A stretch of DNA of 64,000 bases, taken from Proteromonas lacertae. Its lineage: Eukaryota. Location: assembly GCA_002245135.1 (NCBI GenBank), contig NGBS01001174.1, positions 1 to 64,000 of the forward strand, given 5' to 3'. The translations under genes were made by a program, and so were the position numbers. Below the pieces are notes generated by a model. The model did not search any database and was not told the DNA's origin. It saw nothing but the letters and a program-made list of their open reading frames with translations. Shown piece by piece: positions 34,662-49,072 of this stretch (within the stretch, counting starts at the first letter, position 1; each line of letters opens with the position of its first letter).

Positions 34662-35171
34662 TGTTTTCCAAAATAGTTACGTTGGCCTAATATCGTATAG
34701 TCGTGTTTAGGTTCCTGCACTGGAAACACTTTATATTTTTATATTATTTTAAAAGATTATAACAATAGTAAACATCGGGATAAAGGTTTTAAATAGAAAA
34801 GGAATACCTAATTATTTCATTTACCTTCTTAAAATTTATTTTGAAAAAATAGGCTTGAATGAGGCTTGAATAGATTTTTTATTTTTTCGTTTTTAAGTGT
34901 CTTAACAATTAAATATGTGTGATTTAATTACTTAAACTAATGTATTTTTAACTCTAGTAGTGATTGAAACAAAAAAATTAAAAATAAAATTATAATTGTT
35001 TTCAGTATGTTGGGATAAAATTCAAAATAATATATATCGCAGATGTAGCTTATATGACAAAGTAAGATTATATTTGCATATAACTCACCATCAAACCACA
35101 CACTATCATTTTAGAATTGAAAAAAGTCTTCTTAACGCTCAACGGCACATTTAGTTCAACGACGCACAACA
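34662..35171 (+). mobile_element. 510-bp TGTT...AACA LTR/TIR-like repeat, copy 1
   Basis: Starts TGTTTTCC, ends CGCACAACA; near-identical inverted copy at 35413-35921. Confidence 0.75.
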
Positions 35172-35412
35172 CATGGAATTAATTAGTATTATTTTTGCTT
35201 TAACACTTAGTAAATGATATATTGCACAACAGATGAACTCAAAGGAAGTTATAGTTGCAAATTAAAAGTGTTAAAATATTGATATACTGGTTAGCAACCC
35301 CGACGATGATAATAGTACCAATACTCTCTACGATGAAGTTATCTCAGTAAAGGATATAACCCAGGTCCTGAATATCAACCAGAAGCAACTCATCCAATTG
35401 ATCGGAATCAAT

Positions 35413-35921
35413 TGTTGTGCGCTGTTGAACTAAATGTGCCATTGAGCGTTTAGAAGACTTATTCACTTCTAATATGATAGTGTGTAGTTTGATGGCGAGT
35501 TATATGCAAATATAATCTTACTTTGTCATATAAGCTACATCTGCGATATATATTATTTTGAATTTTATCCCAACATACTGAAAACAATTATAATTTTATT
35601 TTTAATTTTTTTGTTTCAATCACTACTAGAGTTAAAAATACATTAGTTTAAGTAATTAAATCACACATATTTAATTGTTAAGACACTTAAAAACGAAAAA
35701 ATAAAAAATCTATTCAAGCCTCATTCAAGCCTATTTTTTCAAAATAAATTTTAAGAAGGTAAATGAAATAATTAGGTATTCCTTTTCTATTTAAAACCTT
35801 TATCCCGATGTTTACTATTGTTATAATCTTTTAAAATAATATAAAAATATAAAGTGTTTCCAGTACAGGAACCTAAACACGACTATACGATATTAGGCCA
35901 ACGTAACTATTTTGGAAAACA
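35413..35921 (-). mobile_element. LTR/TIR-like repeat, copy 2 (inverted)
   Basis: Reverse complement of 34662-35171 with few substitutions. Confidence 0.75.
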
Positions 35922-35972
35922 AAGTGTTGATTAGTAATATTGAAGGGCCAGAGGTTACGTTTATGATATTAA

Positions 35973-36029
35973 AATTGAAAAAAGTCTTCTTAACGCTCAA
36001 CGGCACATTTAGTTCAACGGCGCACAACA
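35973..36029 (+). repeat. Partial third copy of the repeat terminus
   Basis: Matches ~35115-35171. Confidence 0.8.
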
Positions 36030-37172
36030 CCTCCTATTTATGCGAGATATATGTTTGGTAAGTTAATATTTAACCTTAATTACATAATAGACTAAAATAT
36101 ATTATAACTCTTATATTATAGTATATTCAATTTTTCTATATTTGTTATCTGGTAATATACACTCTTTGCGCTTAGATTTCAAGATACTTGATATTTACGT
36201 TTGATATAAGACCTAAACACAAAACAATCTCTACATTTTAATAATATTCTTATATTACAATAATCTAAACATATACTTTTAAAATTACAAAAATAGAAAA
36301 GAGCTGAGAAAAAATTTGAAAATTGAAAAAATAATTCAAAGAGTATAATTCTTAATTCCTATATAACTGATATTTTCTTTCTTTACATCATCTAATGAAA
36401 TATTATTCTAATATGTAACATATTCACTTTATTTTAATTCTAGCACCACTCTGTCTTTGTATATTAATCATAAAACCACATAATAATATTTCTAATTCAT
36501 CTATTGAATAAGGAGCTTAAAAAATAAAAAATTTAAAATCATTAAAACTTGAGGTTTGCTTTGTGAAAATGTTTTGTTTATTTTTTCATTAAATAAACAT
36601 ATTATTACGAAAATAATTGGAGGTCCTAAATGCAGATATTATGAACTTTTGTTTGGACCTCAATTTTAAAACTAATGTCAAAATGAATTAATCATAAGTA
36701 AACGAAATTCACAGATAGTTTCAGAAACTCTTAATTACTTATCTATATCTAGAAGAAATTTAATATAAAGGCTGTAACACCACTAGAAATAGGGTGTTAA
36801 AAATTTGAACAGCCGTTCTAAAAAATAGTTTTCTGTAAATATAGTATTAGTTTAAAAGGAAAGTTTATAACTCCTTTATCGCGCAGATTTCTTTATCGCG
36901 CGTGACAGGGCACACAAAACAATAATTAAAGAAATAGTTTATTTGTTATAGACCAACATTGAATGTAATCTGTTATTGCACAACATTGTTAGAAGTGACA
37001 GTCTAGATTTAATCTAGAAGAATTATACAATCTTATTACAATTTCACTAGATTTATACTATTTATCCATAATTTTGTTGGGAGTAATTAGCCTCCAAAAA
37101 ATCAAAATCATATGGTGAATAAGAAATAAACTACATAATTATTCATACAGAAGAAAAATAATTAAGTATATA

Positions 37173-40100
37173 TTAATTAACTACACTCTTCAAATTAGGT
37201 AACATCTCTTTAATTGATTTACAAATTGTTTTAAATGTTTCATTGGAGTGTTTATAATATCTCACATTAACCAAATATCCTTCATAAGCAAATCTTTCTC
37301 TTCTCTTCCAGTTTGCTTTTTCTTCCAATTGTTCATTATACTTAATATCATGAAAAATCGTTTGAATTAAATCTACAAATTCTCCTACTTTCTTTTCATT
37401 CTCACAATCTGCAATTATATATGTCAAATTGTTCCAATAAGGATATAACTTATAATTCAAATTAATTTCATTACTTTTCAATTGGAGTGATAATAAACAT
37501 CTCATTAATTTATTCTTTTCTCTTTCTGTCATTTCTGTAAGTGATAAATTAATTTGTATCTCAGAAATACATCCATTTATACACATCTCTCTATATTTAC
37601 TGTAATAAGACTTGGGATTTATATCTAATATTTTTCCACCTAATGATATTACCTATTTAAAATAATAATTATAATCTAAATATATACTTCATTCAATAGT
37701 ATTTCATATTTCTTATAATTATGCATTAATCTATGTATCTTTGTGGATATGTATTTTATATCTTCATCACATAATCCTACAGTCTTTGGATCAATATTTG
37801 TGACTATTAATAGTCTAACAATTGCTAATAATAATGATATTAAATTCTCCACTATATCAGATGATTTATCTTTACTACAAAAGTGTTCAATTAATGATAA
37901 TGTAATATTCATACTGGATTTACTAAGTTCAATACAATATGGATGATCAATTGATATTGAATGAAAATGACCTGGTAAACATTGTGGTAAACCTGAACTA
38001 AACCTCATATAACTATTTAAATAAATATGAATTAATATATACTGTATAGACAATTTCTTTAAATAATCTGTTAATGATTTAATCACATAATTCACAACAT
38101 CTGATTTTGTATCAACTTTTATATTCTCTAGAGTTAATATTTCAAATCTATTCAATTTACATAATCCACAATTCAATGACATATTTATATTATGATAACC
38201 ACAACCACTACAAGTCCAAGGTGATAGTGGAAAAATACGAATTGATTTGATTTGGACATGAATACTACGATTCTTATCAGATTCTAACTCCATTATTGGT
38301 TTGTCCAGTTTTATTGATATTTTAATACTCTTATAATCTGATATTTTAGTAGTAATGGATGTGTTTGTATTAGTGGTTGATGTTCTAGAAGTTTGAATTG
38401 GATTGTCTAAATCATCATTGTTATATATTGATATAACAACAGCATTATCATTATTTCTATATTAATGAATTAAATAAAAATAATAAATGAAGATATATAT
38501 ATATATATATATATACAATTCTTTTTGTTCTTCATCAGCAACTCCATTATTTGTAACTGTATATGATAATTCAATTTCTTCATATTTATGATCGACTGGA
38601 TATACAAACCAACCTTCAGTTTTACTACTATCTGAAAATATAGCTGTTATATCATTACATTCATCACTTTCAATATCAAAAGTGAAATCTAATCCTTCTT
38701 TAGATGATATTCTCTTATATAAAATAGTGTCAGTTACATCTTTAGATGTTTCAGTATGATGAAAAGATACTAATTGAACGGCTCTATTTCCACTATAAAA
38801 TTGAACACATGGATATAATGTTTTACCTTTCAAATCATCAAATTTACCTGGCTGTTCTTTACCATTAATACTCAGAGTTAATATACCAACAGATAAATCT
38901 AAAGTAAATGCAACTTTATCACCTTTTCTAACTTTATCACATTTTGATGATTTTTCACCACCATTATATAATTTACCATTATAACATCTAATTAACCACA
39001 TATCTTTAGTTTTTTCATAATTTGGGTCATTCACTGGAATTGAACAAACACCTAAACAAGTACATTCACTGTTTGTATCTTCAAAAAGAATAAATTCCCA
39101 CTTATAAATACCATTTGTCATTGGTTTATTAACTGCTGCATAACATGGACTACCATCACTCCATACTTCTCTTCCACCTTCTTTTATCTTTATATGTGAA
39201 GTTGAAGAGATTTTAGAATCAAACACAGCTCGGCTTGGTACAGTAACTTGTCTAGAAAGTGTGATTTGTTGTTTTGTTGATAATATTTTGTTATAGTGTT
39301 TTCTTAATTCATCAAATAATGTATTTAATCTGTTGCACTCTTCATCGGTTAATTCTCTATTAAAATCTTTCAAATACATTAGTAATGTAGCAATTCCATT
39401 ATATGTTCCATACGAAATAATGAATTTCTATTCATTTAATAATAACAACAAATATATACAATTAATGTTTCAAAAGCAATCAATTTCAATTCTTCATTTC
39501 TATTATTCATCAATATATTTTTAAATATATCAATTAATAAATCTTTACTTGCTTTTGTAGAAATTTCATTATTAGTAATAACAGGTGTAAATAATTGAAT
39601 ATATCTAATTGAATGATTAGTAAATATTTTGGAAGTAAATCCTTTCAATTCAATATAAATATGAGTAATTTCTACATTATTAAGAAATACTTTAACTCGA
39701 CTAGTATCAGGTGATTTTACTTTATATCTCAATACATATCCTTCATTTGAATTCCTAGTATAAATCTTTAATTCATCAGGAGTAATATTATCAGAAGTAT
39801 TTTTACTAAATGACAATATTAATGAATTAATAACTGTTGGTTGTGGTAATGTTAAAGTTAACCATCTATATAAACATAATAATAATATACGATGGATCTT
39901 CTTTTAATAAAGATTCCCAACTATTTGAATCATCTTTTAATATATTCTTAGATGTTCCTTTTTGGCTATTTACACTACTTGAATTTACTTCAATATTATT
40001 ATTATCTAACTCTTCTATTTGATTATACCATACTGACCATTGTTCGAAATTATCTAATGGTTTAGATTTGTCTAATTCTTCACCAATTCTATCAAGTGTT

Positions 40101-41674
40101 TCTTTTATTGTATCATCTGGTAATGACTCTATTTTCAATATATCTGTACATAAAGCTAATGCTAATTGCGTAGTACTAAGTAACTTATTAGAATCTTGAC
40201 TTTCTATAGTTACAATAACATTAAAGAAATAATAATATAATAATCATTCTTAAAAAGAAAAAAAAAAGGATATTTGAATATATATCATCTTCATAACATG
40301 GATAATCATGCCATAAACACTGAATAACACTCTATATAAATATAATAATAATAATAATATATACACTATTATAATTGACATTATCAACATATTTGAATGG
40401 TATTTCAACATTTACAACACAATCAGATTGTGCTTGAAACACATATGGAATACAATACATATTTCTTACACTACAATCACAATAAAACGTATAATTAAAT
40501 GATTTATCATTCTTTTTCTCTCCTAATACTTGTTTTTGTTTTCCAATTATATTCACTGGTATTATATCTGTAGTGTTTTCTTTAAATTCAATCATTATAA
40601 TAATATGAGTTAATCCTTCACTTCTATATAAATATAATAAGTAATATATATAATACTTTATAAATATATTCTCTTTTTCTATTGATAATACTGGTTTTCC
40701 ACTATCATATACAGTATCAGTAACACTCAATTTATATTTATCACTTGATGATGATTCTATTACTTCAGCGTCTTTATATTCTGCTAAATATCCATAGGAA
40801 TAATAAGAATAAGCTAATGGTACCCATTCTGATATTGTATTTCTATTGAAATATGTAAATGAATCATTATCATTGTCTTTATTATTATCTTTTCCTTTGA
40901 TTGTTATTATATCTCCTTCTGAAATTACATTGATTCGATAATAGGTATTAGTTACTACATTATCAGTTAATTTATTAATTGGAGATGTTATTAATGGAGT
41001 ATAATTGATGGAAATGGAAACTGGATCGTTTGAATTGGAAGGTAAATCATTTTTAGTGGAAATGCATGTAAGTAAACCTTCTTTAAGACATTTTAATTGG
41101 TTGTTGTTTGTTCCTTGTAATACTTCGAAATATTTACTCTTAATATGTTCTTGTGTATATTCTTCATGTGTTCTTTTGTAATATGTACCTGGTAATGCTA
41201 AACAAAAATAAATTAAGATAAAGATACTTGATGGTGATAAATATTCAATTATTACTCTTGAATCCGGTATTATTTTATCATCAAAATCATCATCATACAC
41301 TATATAGTATAAATCTCCTTTCTCACTTGGCAAATACGTGTAATACTATATTATATAATAATTAAAACCATACACTTTGAGTAGATAGTTTATTATTTGT
41401 ATTGGTAAATATAAATTCATGCAAACAGATAGCTTGACCAGAATAATTGTGAATAAGTATTCTGAACTTGTAATCTTTTGTTGTCTACAAGTATATAAAA
41501 ATTAATTATATATACTTGAGCAGTTATAGCAATTGCAACCATAAGATTACCTTCATCAGTGTAAATTGCTTTTCTGTTGGAATCATAAAACAGTAAGCTT
41601 TTATTCGTAGTAAATATAACATTGTTATCTGGTAAACTTAAGCACAGCACGTGATGGTTCAAAGAATGATTCAT
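37173..41674 (-). CDS. Large multi-exon protein with SPRY domain and RanBP2-type Zn finger
   Basis: GIYKWEF...CLGV...GDKVAFTLDL..GILT.SING...LYPCV; WTCSGCGYHN...CGLC; short GT-AG introns and a U12-type intron at 40204-40273. Confidence 0.6.
40204..40273 (-). other. U12-type intron, AT-AG
   Basis: 5' ATATCCTTT, branch-like TTTCTTTAAT; only the AG acceptor keeps the frame. Confidence 0.6.
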
Positions 41675-41831
41675 TTTTTATTCTCTCAAACCACAGAATC
41701 AAACCTATATCATTAGTTTTACATTAACAATATACATTCAAGGTCAGTATACCTTATTCTTCATATTCACTCACCGATAAACATAATACAAGAATAAAGT
41801 AAATAGAATATCAAATATTACAAATTAATTG

Positions 41832-44651
41832 TTACATTTCACTAGTTTTCGTCTTTTTGTTAGTTTTCTTCTCTTTTAAGTTCTTTAAACACCTTTGCAA
41901 ATCATGAATCAATCCTACCAATCCACCCATAGTTGGAATAGTAGAAATTGAAGGGAAATTAGTAATGAAATTGATTCTAGTACAATTGGATAATAACGGT
42001 TGTAAAAAATATGTAAATTTCGAATCACGGTAAGGTATAAAACTTGCTTTACTCAATACACTATGTAGAACATGATATAAAGAGACAAAATAAGGTGAAC
42101 CAACTGGAGTAACAGCTTTATTATTCATTAATACAAAACCTACTTTACCAGTCACATTTGTTGATTTATTATAAATTGATAATAAATAATAGATAGATGT
42201 AATCTTCTGCTTTGTGTTACTCATCTCCACTATATTGATGTTATTTGTAATAATATGGTTTACCTGCTCAAAATCTTCTAATGTTTCGAGTTTAACCGTA
42301 ATATTATTTCTATAATCAGCAATATCAGCATTCTTGATAATATCTATAGTTTGTTTGGATGAATTTAAATTCAATAAATCATAACATTTATTACCTTGTA
42401 ATGATAAAACTGATAATGTAATAACACTATCATCAGTTGATAATTTCATTAATCCTTCAAATAATGATATGAAGATATTATAACTAAGTGTAGGTGGTGA
42501 TAAATCAATACTTCCATAGTTAAATACTAATAACGATTCACCAACAATTACTCTAGAAAGACCATCAATTATATTACTTATCATATTATGTACTTCATCA
42601 ATATTGTCTAAATCATCAATTATACTGTTAGTTATAAGTCTATGTTCTTCTTTTAAATTTGGATAAATATCCGTTACATTTAATTCAGTATTGGATACTT
42701 TTGTACAGAAACTGTATGATTTTGTTTTTGGTTTGACAGCTTGTTCTACAATGATATATAATCTTGACTGAACACCTGGTGGTGGTGGTTCATATTTTGC
42801 TTTATTGTGTAATTCATAAATTTCATTAGCTGATTGTATAATACTATTTCTTTTGGTTGTAGTACTTGCCATTGACTATATATAATTAAATATATATATA
42901 TATATATATACAGCTGTATAATCAATTGTATCAAGTCTTTTATCATCTTCAAAATCATCTCTTTTACTTCGACTAACACCTGAAGTACTTCCACTCTTTC
43001 TATATTTTCTACTACTACTACTAAAATTATTATCTTCTTCACCATTCTCATCATCATTATTATTATCATCTCCTTCTTCATCATCTTCATCTGTCATATA
43101 AGATGGTCTTGGAATGTATGATATCTTATCTCTTATTGATTGATGTACAGGAGATGGTAGTTTTTGTATTGGTGTGTTTTCTCTTGACATTTTCTCTTTT
43201 TCTTCTTGCAATTTGTTGAATAATAATGTAACATCATCGAAATATTCAGATTGATAATTCTATAAATAAATATATTTCATTTGAATTATTATTATTATTT
43301 ATATATACATTTAATTCAGACATAACATCATCTCTCATTTGATTTAATTCAAAACGTAAATTCTGAATCATTCCTTTTAAAACTTCAGGTAATGCATCAT
43401 TTGATTGTAAATATTGAGATACTAATTTCTATTTTATAATAATAAAAATAAATAAATATACTGATAATGTAGTGTCTAATTCTTTATTCTCACTTCTTGA
43501 ATGTTTCAATTTCTTATTCAATTGTTTAATAATCCTTTCTAATGAAGCAATCTGTAAATCTTTATCTTTCTTCATATTATCAAAATGAATTTGTAAATTA
43601 ATCAACTCTCTTCTATCTTTCTCAAATTCTCTTTTATTAAAAGCTAATTGTTCTTGTTTATTATATTTTGCTCCTAATTCATCAGCATTGACAAACATTG
43701 GCCTACTTCTTCCTATATTTGATGATGATGATGATTTACCACCACCACTGTAATTATCATTATTTAATAGAACATTTCCTTTTGGTGGTGTTGTTAAAGA
43801 TCTTTTATTATTATTATTATTGTATAATTCATCATAATCTAGAGGTTTTGTTTTGTATAAATTCTTACTTGAACTTTTGCTTCTTTTATTATCATTTTCA
43901 TCTTTTTCATTCTTTGGTACTATTTCATATTATAATATAATAATATATGAATATACTTGGATTTCTTCTAACAACAGCTGGAACATCATAATCACTTGAT
44001 GGAAGTGAATCATTATCTTCATTATCATCATCATCTTGATTATTCTTTTTATCTTTCTTTATTTTTCTATTTTTATTATCATCATTATCATCTTCTGAAT
44101 CACTAGACATTGTTAATGTTTCAGTAACTGGAGAATGGTGTTTAAATAAGAATTTCATTGGCTTTTTTGAACCATTAGAATCAGATTTTGAAAGAGAATG
44201 GATTGGTGATGGAGTTAATGATGAATTCACTTTTTTATTGTCATTCTTATCAGCTAATTGTATATTCTTTGTTTCTAAAGGACTTGGTTTGTTATCTACA
44301 GGATTTGATGTTTGATTTGATATTTCTTGATCTATTTTTTTCTTTAACCTTACCAATTCCTAAAATTCTTATAACTAAGAATATAATACGTGTTTTGCCA
44401 TTACAGTCCACTGTTGCCACTCGCTTTTATCAGTTTCATCTCTTACTTTTCTCAATAACTACAATTTTGCTATAGTTAAAATATATACTGCAATTTCACT
44501 TTTTTCTAGCTTATCTTCTGGCCTTCTACTAAAGTTCTTCACTAATAATATGAACAATTCTTTCTTTAGATCTATTAATTCAATATAAAATGTAAATCAT
44601 TGATTATATGATTATACTACATCCTTCAGGCAATTCAATCTCTCGTTCCAT
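41832..44651 (-). CDS. Coiled-coil protein with divergent C-terminal kinesin-like domain
   Basis: IPYRDSKFTYFLQPLL, CYDLL, VFNYGS; multi-exon. Confidence 0.65.
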
Positions 44652-44984
44652 AGATAAACGTTTAATAATTTCAAAAAAAGTTTGAGATTGGCTCGATAAT
44701 TCATTTTTCATATTGAATGATATGAGTGATAATAGTTGACCATTTCTTAAATACACATTTATTATGTATAATGAAATCGTTTAATTATATTACTTTGGTC
44801 ATACATTAAAAATATAGAAAAACATATAAAAATATCAATTTAAAATAGTATAATTGTTCATTTCTTTCCCAAATTGTGATAAAATATTAAAAATAACGAA
44901 ATAATATAAACAATTAATTAATTTATCTCTAGCATATCTATTCTAAAGATTTTCATCATTTACTTAAACATAAATAATATAATA

Positions 44985-45347
44985 CTATAAAGACTTCTTT
45001 TTGGGGTGTTGTTCAAAAATAAATCCACGATATAAACCAATACCAATACAAGCCAATCCAACTGCAAGCATTCCATAACGGTCAATTGGCTATAATAATT
45101 ATAAACTCATATTTACACTAAATTCATACTTTCTTCATATTTCTTCTAACAAATAATACATATCCTCCAACACCACAAAATACAACTGTACCAGTTATTC
45201 TACAACTATTTTAATAGATAAATAGCTATACAATAGACAATCTTCTTCAGTATTTCTGTTTTGATTAGCTGAATGAAGTAAATATGGTTGATTATAATTA
45301 TTTGTAAATATTAGACTCTGATAATACTTCTCACTACGCCAAAACAT
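44985..45347 (-). CDS. DUF4536/DMAC1-like small membrane protein
   Basis: Spliced translation EEDCLFCRITGTVVFCGVGGY..., two introns. Confidence 0.6.
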
Positions 45348-45394
45348 TGAAAGAAAATCAAGCCAAAAAGCTTGAAAATGGTTATTTGAAAAAA

Positions 45395-47433
45395 ATGACT
45401 GTTAATGAAAACAGATACGACTATGGGTTGGATGCATATAGTACTCTAAGACAATCATCCTTTACATCAAGTAATATGAATTCTTCAGCCTTTTTCTCAA
45501 ACATGTCAACCGAATATTTGAAACCTATGTATTTTACACCTATTGTTTTTATTAATATAGTAATTCAGATATGAAAGAAAGGAAAATGAAACACGTATTT
45601 AAGATTTTATATATTTGTGTTACTAGTCAACTTTGTACAACGAACTCACACAGGAAGATATAGATTCTTTGGTAAAACTTGGTGGTACTTTAGATTTATC
45701 AAATAATTTCATAAGTGATGTTCATTGTCAAATGATTTATAATGCCGTGACAGCTAATCCAAAATCTTATATCTACAATATTGATTTAAGAAGTAATTAT
45801 ATACGTGAATCTGGACTTAACTATATTGCTCAAACAATATCTTTACTTCCGGATTTGAAATATTTATCATTAGAATGGAATAATTTGGGATTATGTAAAG
45901 CTGATACATTTTTTATGGCAATTAGAGAACACAAAACATTAAATAGACTGAGTTTAAGGTGTAATCATATTGGTTCTGACTGTATATCATTATTAATATT
46001 GTTTTAAAATAGTTTGTATTCGTTTGTTCAGCATGTTTGGTGAAAATGGTAATTATAAAATGAAAGATTTGGATTTAAGAGAAAATCAAATAGGAGATGA
46101 TGCTGCTGATTATATTATTGAAATATTAAAAACAAACAAATCACTTCATTCTGTATTATTGAAAGGAAATATGATAAGTCAAAATAAATTGGACAAAATA
46201 AATGAATTGTTATTGAAGAATAGAAATAATAAAACAATCATTAGAAATTATGAAGGTGATTATAATAAATTGAAATTAGATTATAACCAATTAAAAATGG
46301 AATTAGATTCATTGAAGAAAAATAAACCAGTAATAATGAAATCTGAACCATTAGAAGAATCTATGGAATATAAAAAGATAAAAATTGATAATGATCGATT
46401 AAAAGAACTGTTAAATCAACAAGAAGAAATATGGAAATCTGAAAAAGAGAAGCTGCAAGATGATTATAAGAAATTGAATGAAGATTATTTCAAATTGCAA
46501 AGCCAAAATGATGAAACAAATCAACAATTAAGTAAATTAAAACCAGAAATAGATCATTATCAATCTCTGAATGAACAATTAATTAAAGAAAAAGAAAAAT
46601 GTGTTAGTAATGTATAAATATTATTATTGTGAGATTTATATATATATGTATAGTATAAAGATGTTTTAGCAAAGAATGAAGGAATGATAAAAGAGAAATT
46701 AAAAATTGATGAAAATCACAGAAGTGAAATGAATAACTTGAAAGAAAAATATGAAAAGGAAATTGAAGATATTAAAACTGATAATATTTCACAATTACTA
46801 AATGAGAAAAAGAAAATGAATAGTCGTGAAGAAGAATTACAAAATGAGAATAGAAAAACTATTAATAAATATGAAGAAAGAATGAAAGAAATATCTCAAG
46901 AAAATGAAAATGAAAATCAAAAATTGCAAAATAAAATCAATGAACTGTCAAATGATATAAATGATTTGCAGAATAAACTATCTGAATCTAATAAAAAGAA
47001 TTCTCTTTTACAATCAAGATATGATAATCTCCAGAATGATATAAATAAATATAATGATGATATTAAAAATGAAAATAATAAAAATTGCGAATTGGAAGAT
47101 AAAATTGATAAGCTAAAGATAGAGAATCAATTAGTTGAAAATGAGAAAAATGAATTAAAAAATACAATAAGAGGATTAGAAAATAAAATATCAAATGGTG
47201 AAGATAGTTTAAAAAAACAAAAACAACAATCAGATATTGTAATAGAGGATTTGAAAGCCAAGAATTTAGAAAAAGTCAAAGAGCAAAATAGTAGAATAGA
47301 ATCCTTGCAAAACCAAATTGAACAATATAAATTGAAGTTTGATAAGCTGAAAGATGAATATCAAAAGCAATTAACACAGCTGAATGAAAAATTGACAAAT
47401 AGTATTCATGAAGCGATAAATAATTCTGTGTAA
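45395..47433 (+). CDS. RI-type LRR plus coiled-coil protein (LRRC45-like)
   Basis: LDLSNN, IDLRSN, LSLEWNNLG, LDLRENQIG, long coiled coil. Confidence 0.7.
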
Positions 47434-47539
47434 TTTATTTTTATTTTTATATAGTTGTTGTTTATGCAAAATAGAATTTAATGAAATAATTATCCGTTTT
47501 TTATTTTTTTAAATTTTATTTATTCTTTTCTCGTTATTT

Positions 47540-48321
47540 ATGGAAGTTGACGAAGAAACATTAAACAGAGTTTATACTTGGGTGGATGAAATTCCTCTCA
47601 GCAGACCAAAGAAGAACTTAGGAAGAGATTTCAGTGATGCAGGTATAACGATATAGTAATATTCAAATAGTATTAGCTGCTGAGGTTATAGCACATTATT
47701 ACCCTAAAATGGTAGATTTACACAACTATAATGCCGTAAATGCTGTAACTCAGAAAGTTTACAACTGGAATACTCTTAATCGTATATAAAATGTTCTATT
47801 CTATACATATAGAAAAAGTATTAAAGAAATTTGGAATGCAATTATCAAAAGACGAAATTAACTCAATAGTGTCAGTAGCTCCAATGGCAATAGAGAGATT
47901 TTTGGCAGATCTACAAATAAAGTTGAGTGAATATAAGCAGAGACAACAAGCTGTTAAAGGAAAGAATAAAGAAAGATATGAAACACCACCAAAACAACCT
48001 GGTCAGATGAAAAGAAATGGAAAACCACCAATTTCTAATAAATATAATAATAATGAAGAATATGAAGATGATGGCTATATACCTCAAAATCATCCCTATA
48101 AACAACAGCAAATATCGCCAAATAAAAGAGAATTGGATGTAGAAGCAATGAAAGAAATAGATATGGAGATACTAACAGATAAAGAAATTGAATTACAAGA
48201 ATGTAAAGAAGCAAATGAAATTATGGCTGAAAAAATACGAAAACTGGAATCATTGGTTAGAATTAAAGACGAACAAATAAAGAAATTAACACAAAAACTT
48301 AAGGCTGCTAATTTACTATAA
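47540..48321 (+). CDS. SPEF1: SPEF1-like CH-domain protein
   Basis: VYTWVDEIPLSRPKKNLGRDFSD, MVDLHNY, KVYNWNTLN, coiled-coil C-terminus. Confidence 0.85.
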
Positions 48322-48371
48322 TCTATTAAATTAATTATTCTACTATTCTACATGGATTACTAAACATCAAA

Positions 48372-48889
48372 TTATAAATACCCAAAAAACACTGTGAGTG
48401 AGTTTATTGCCTCTTGCTTCAAAGCATTTCTAGTCTTTTTAATCTCATTTATATTTTGATATGAATCATCAATTGCCTTCACTTGCATATCACATTTTGC
48501 TCGCTGATGATATTGCTTTTCTAAACGCATATAAGCTTCTGTCAGTTGCTTATAATCCGAGGATAGGCTGTTATTTCTTGATTTCAACAAATTAATCTCT
48601 TCTTCCTTCATTTTATTCTCTTTCTCGCAGTATTGTTTATATTTTGAAAATTCTTCATCAAGTTTCTCTAATCTCTTTTCAAGATCTTTGCTAATATTCT
48701 GATACTGTTTATTCTATATTATATAAATCGCTGATAAAATATTTCATACATGTTCAAAATAGTTATCAAATCCTAGTGTTTCTACTTCCTCAAGATGAGC
48801 TTGTTCAGATTTATTTTCTCTATCAAAACTTTTCAATTCATTTGATTTCTAAGTAATGTTATTCAAAAAAGTACATATGATTTAGACAT
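48372..48889 (-). CDS. Small coiled-coil protein
   Basis: Spliced coiled-coil ORF. Confidence 0.45.
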
Positions 48890-49072
48890 GTTCATTTCAA
48901 AAAATAACTAATCCAAAACGGATATATTTTGATTAATTTTTTGAATTTGATATTTGAAATAGTTAACATAAGGTATTTAGAATTTATAAATTTTTCTATT
49001 TTTTATAGATACATCGTTTTTCTTTTTACGCTAATTATACGTTCCTCATTTTTTAAATATAATATTTAAAGA

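Noticed and set aside
36873..36901. CTTTATCGCGC direct repeat x2
   Set aside because: Only two units; not a CRISPR array and no assignable function.
38493..38514. (TA)n tracts here and near 42890 and 50895
   Set aside because: Ordinary intronic microsatellites.
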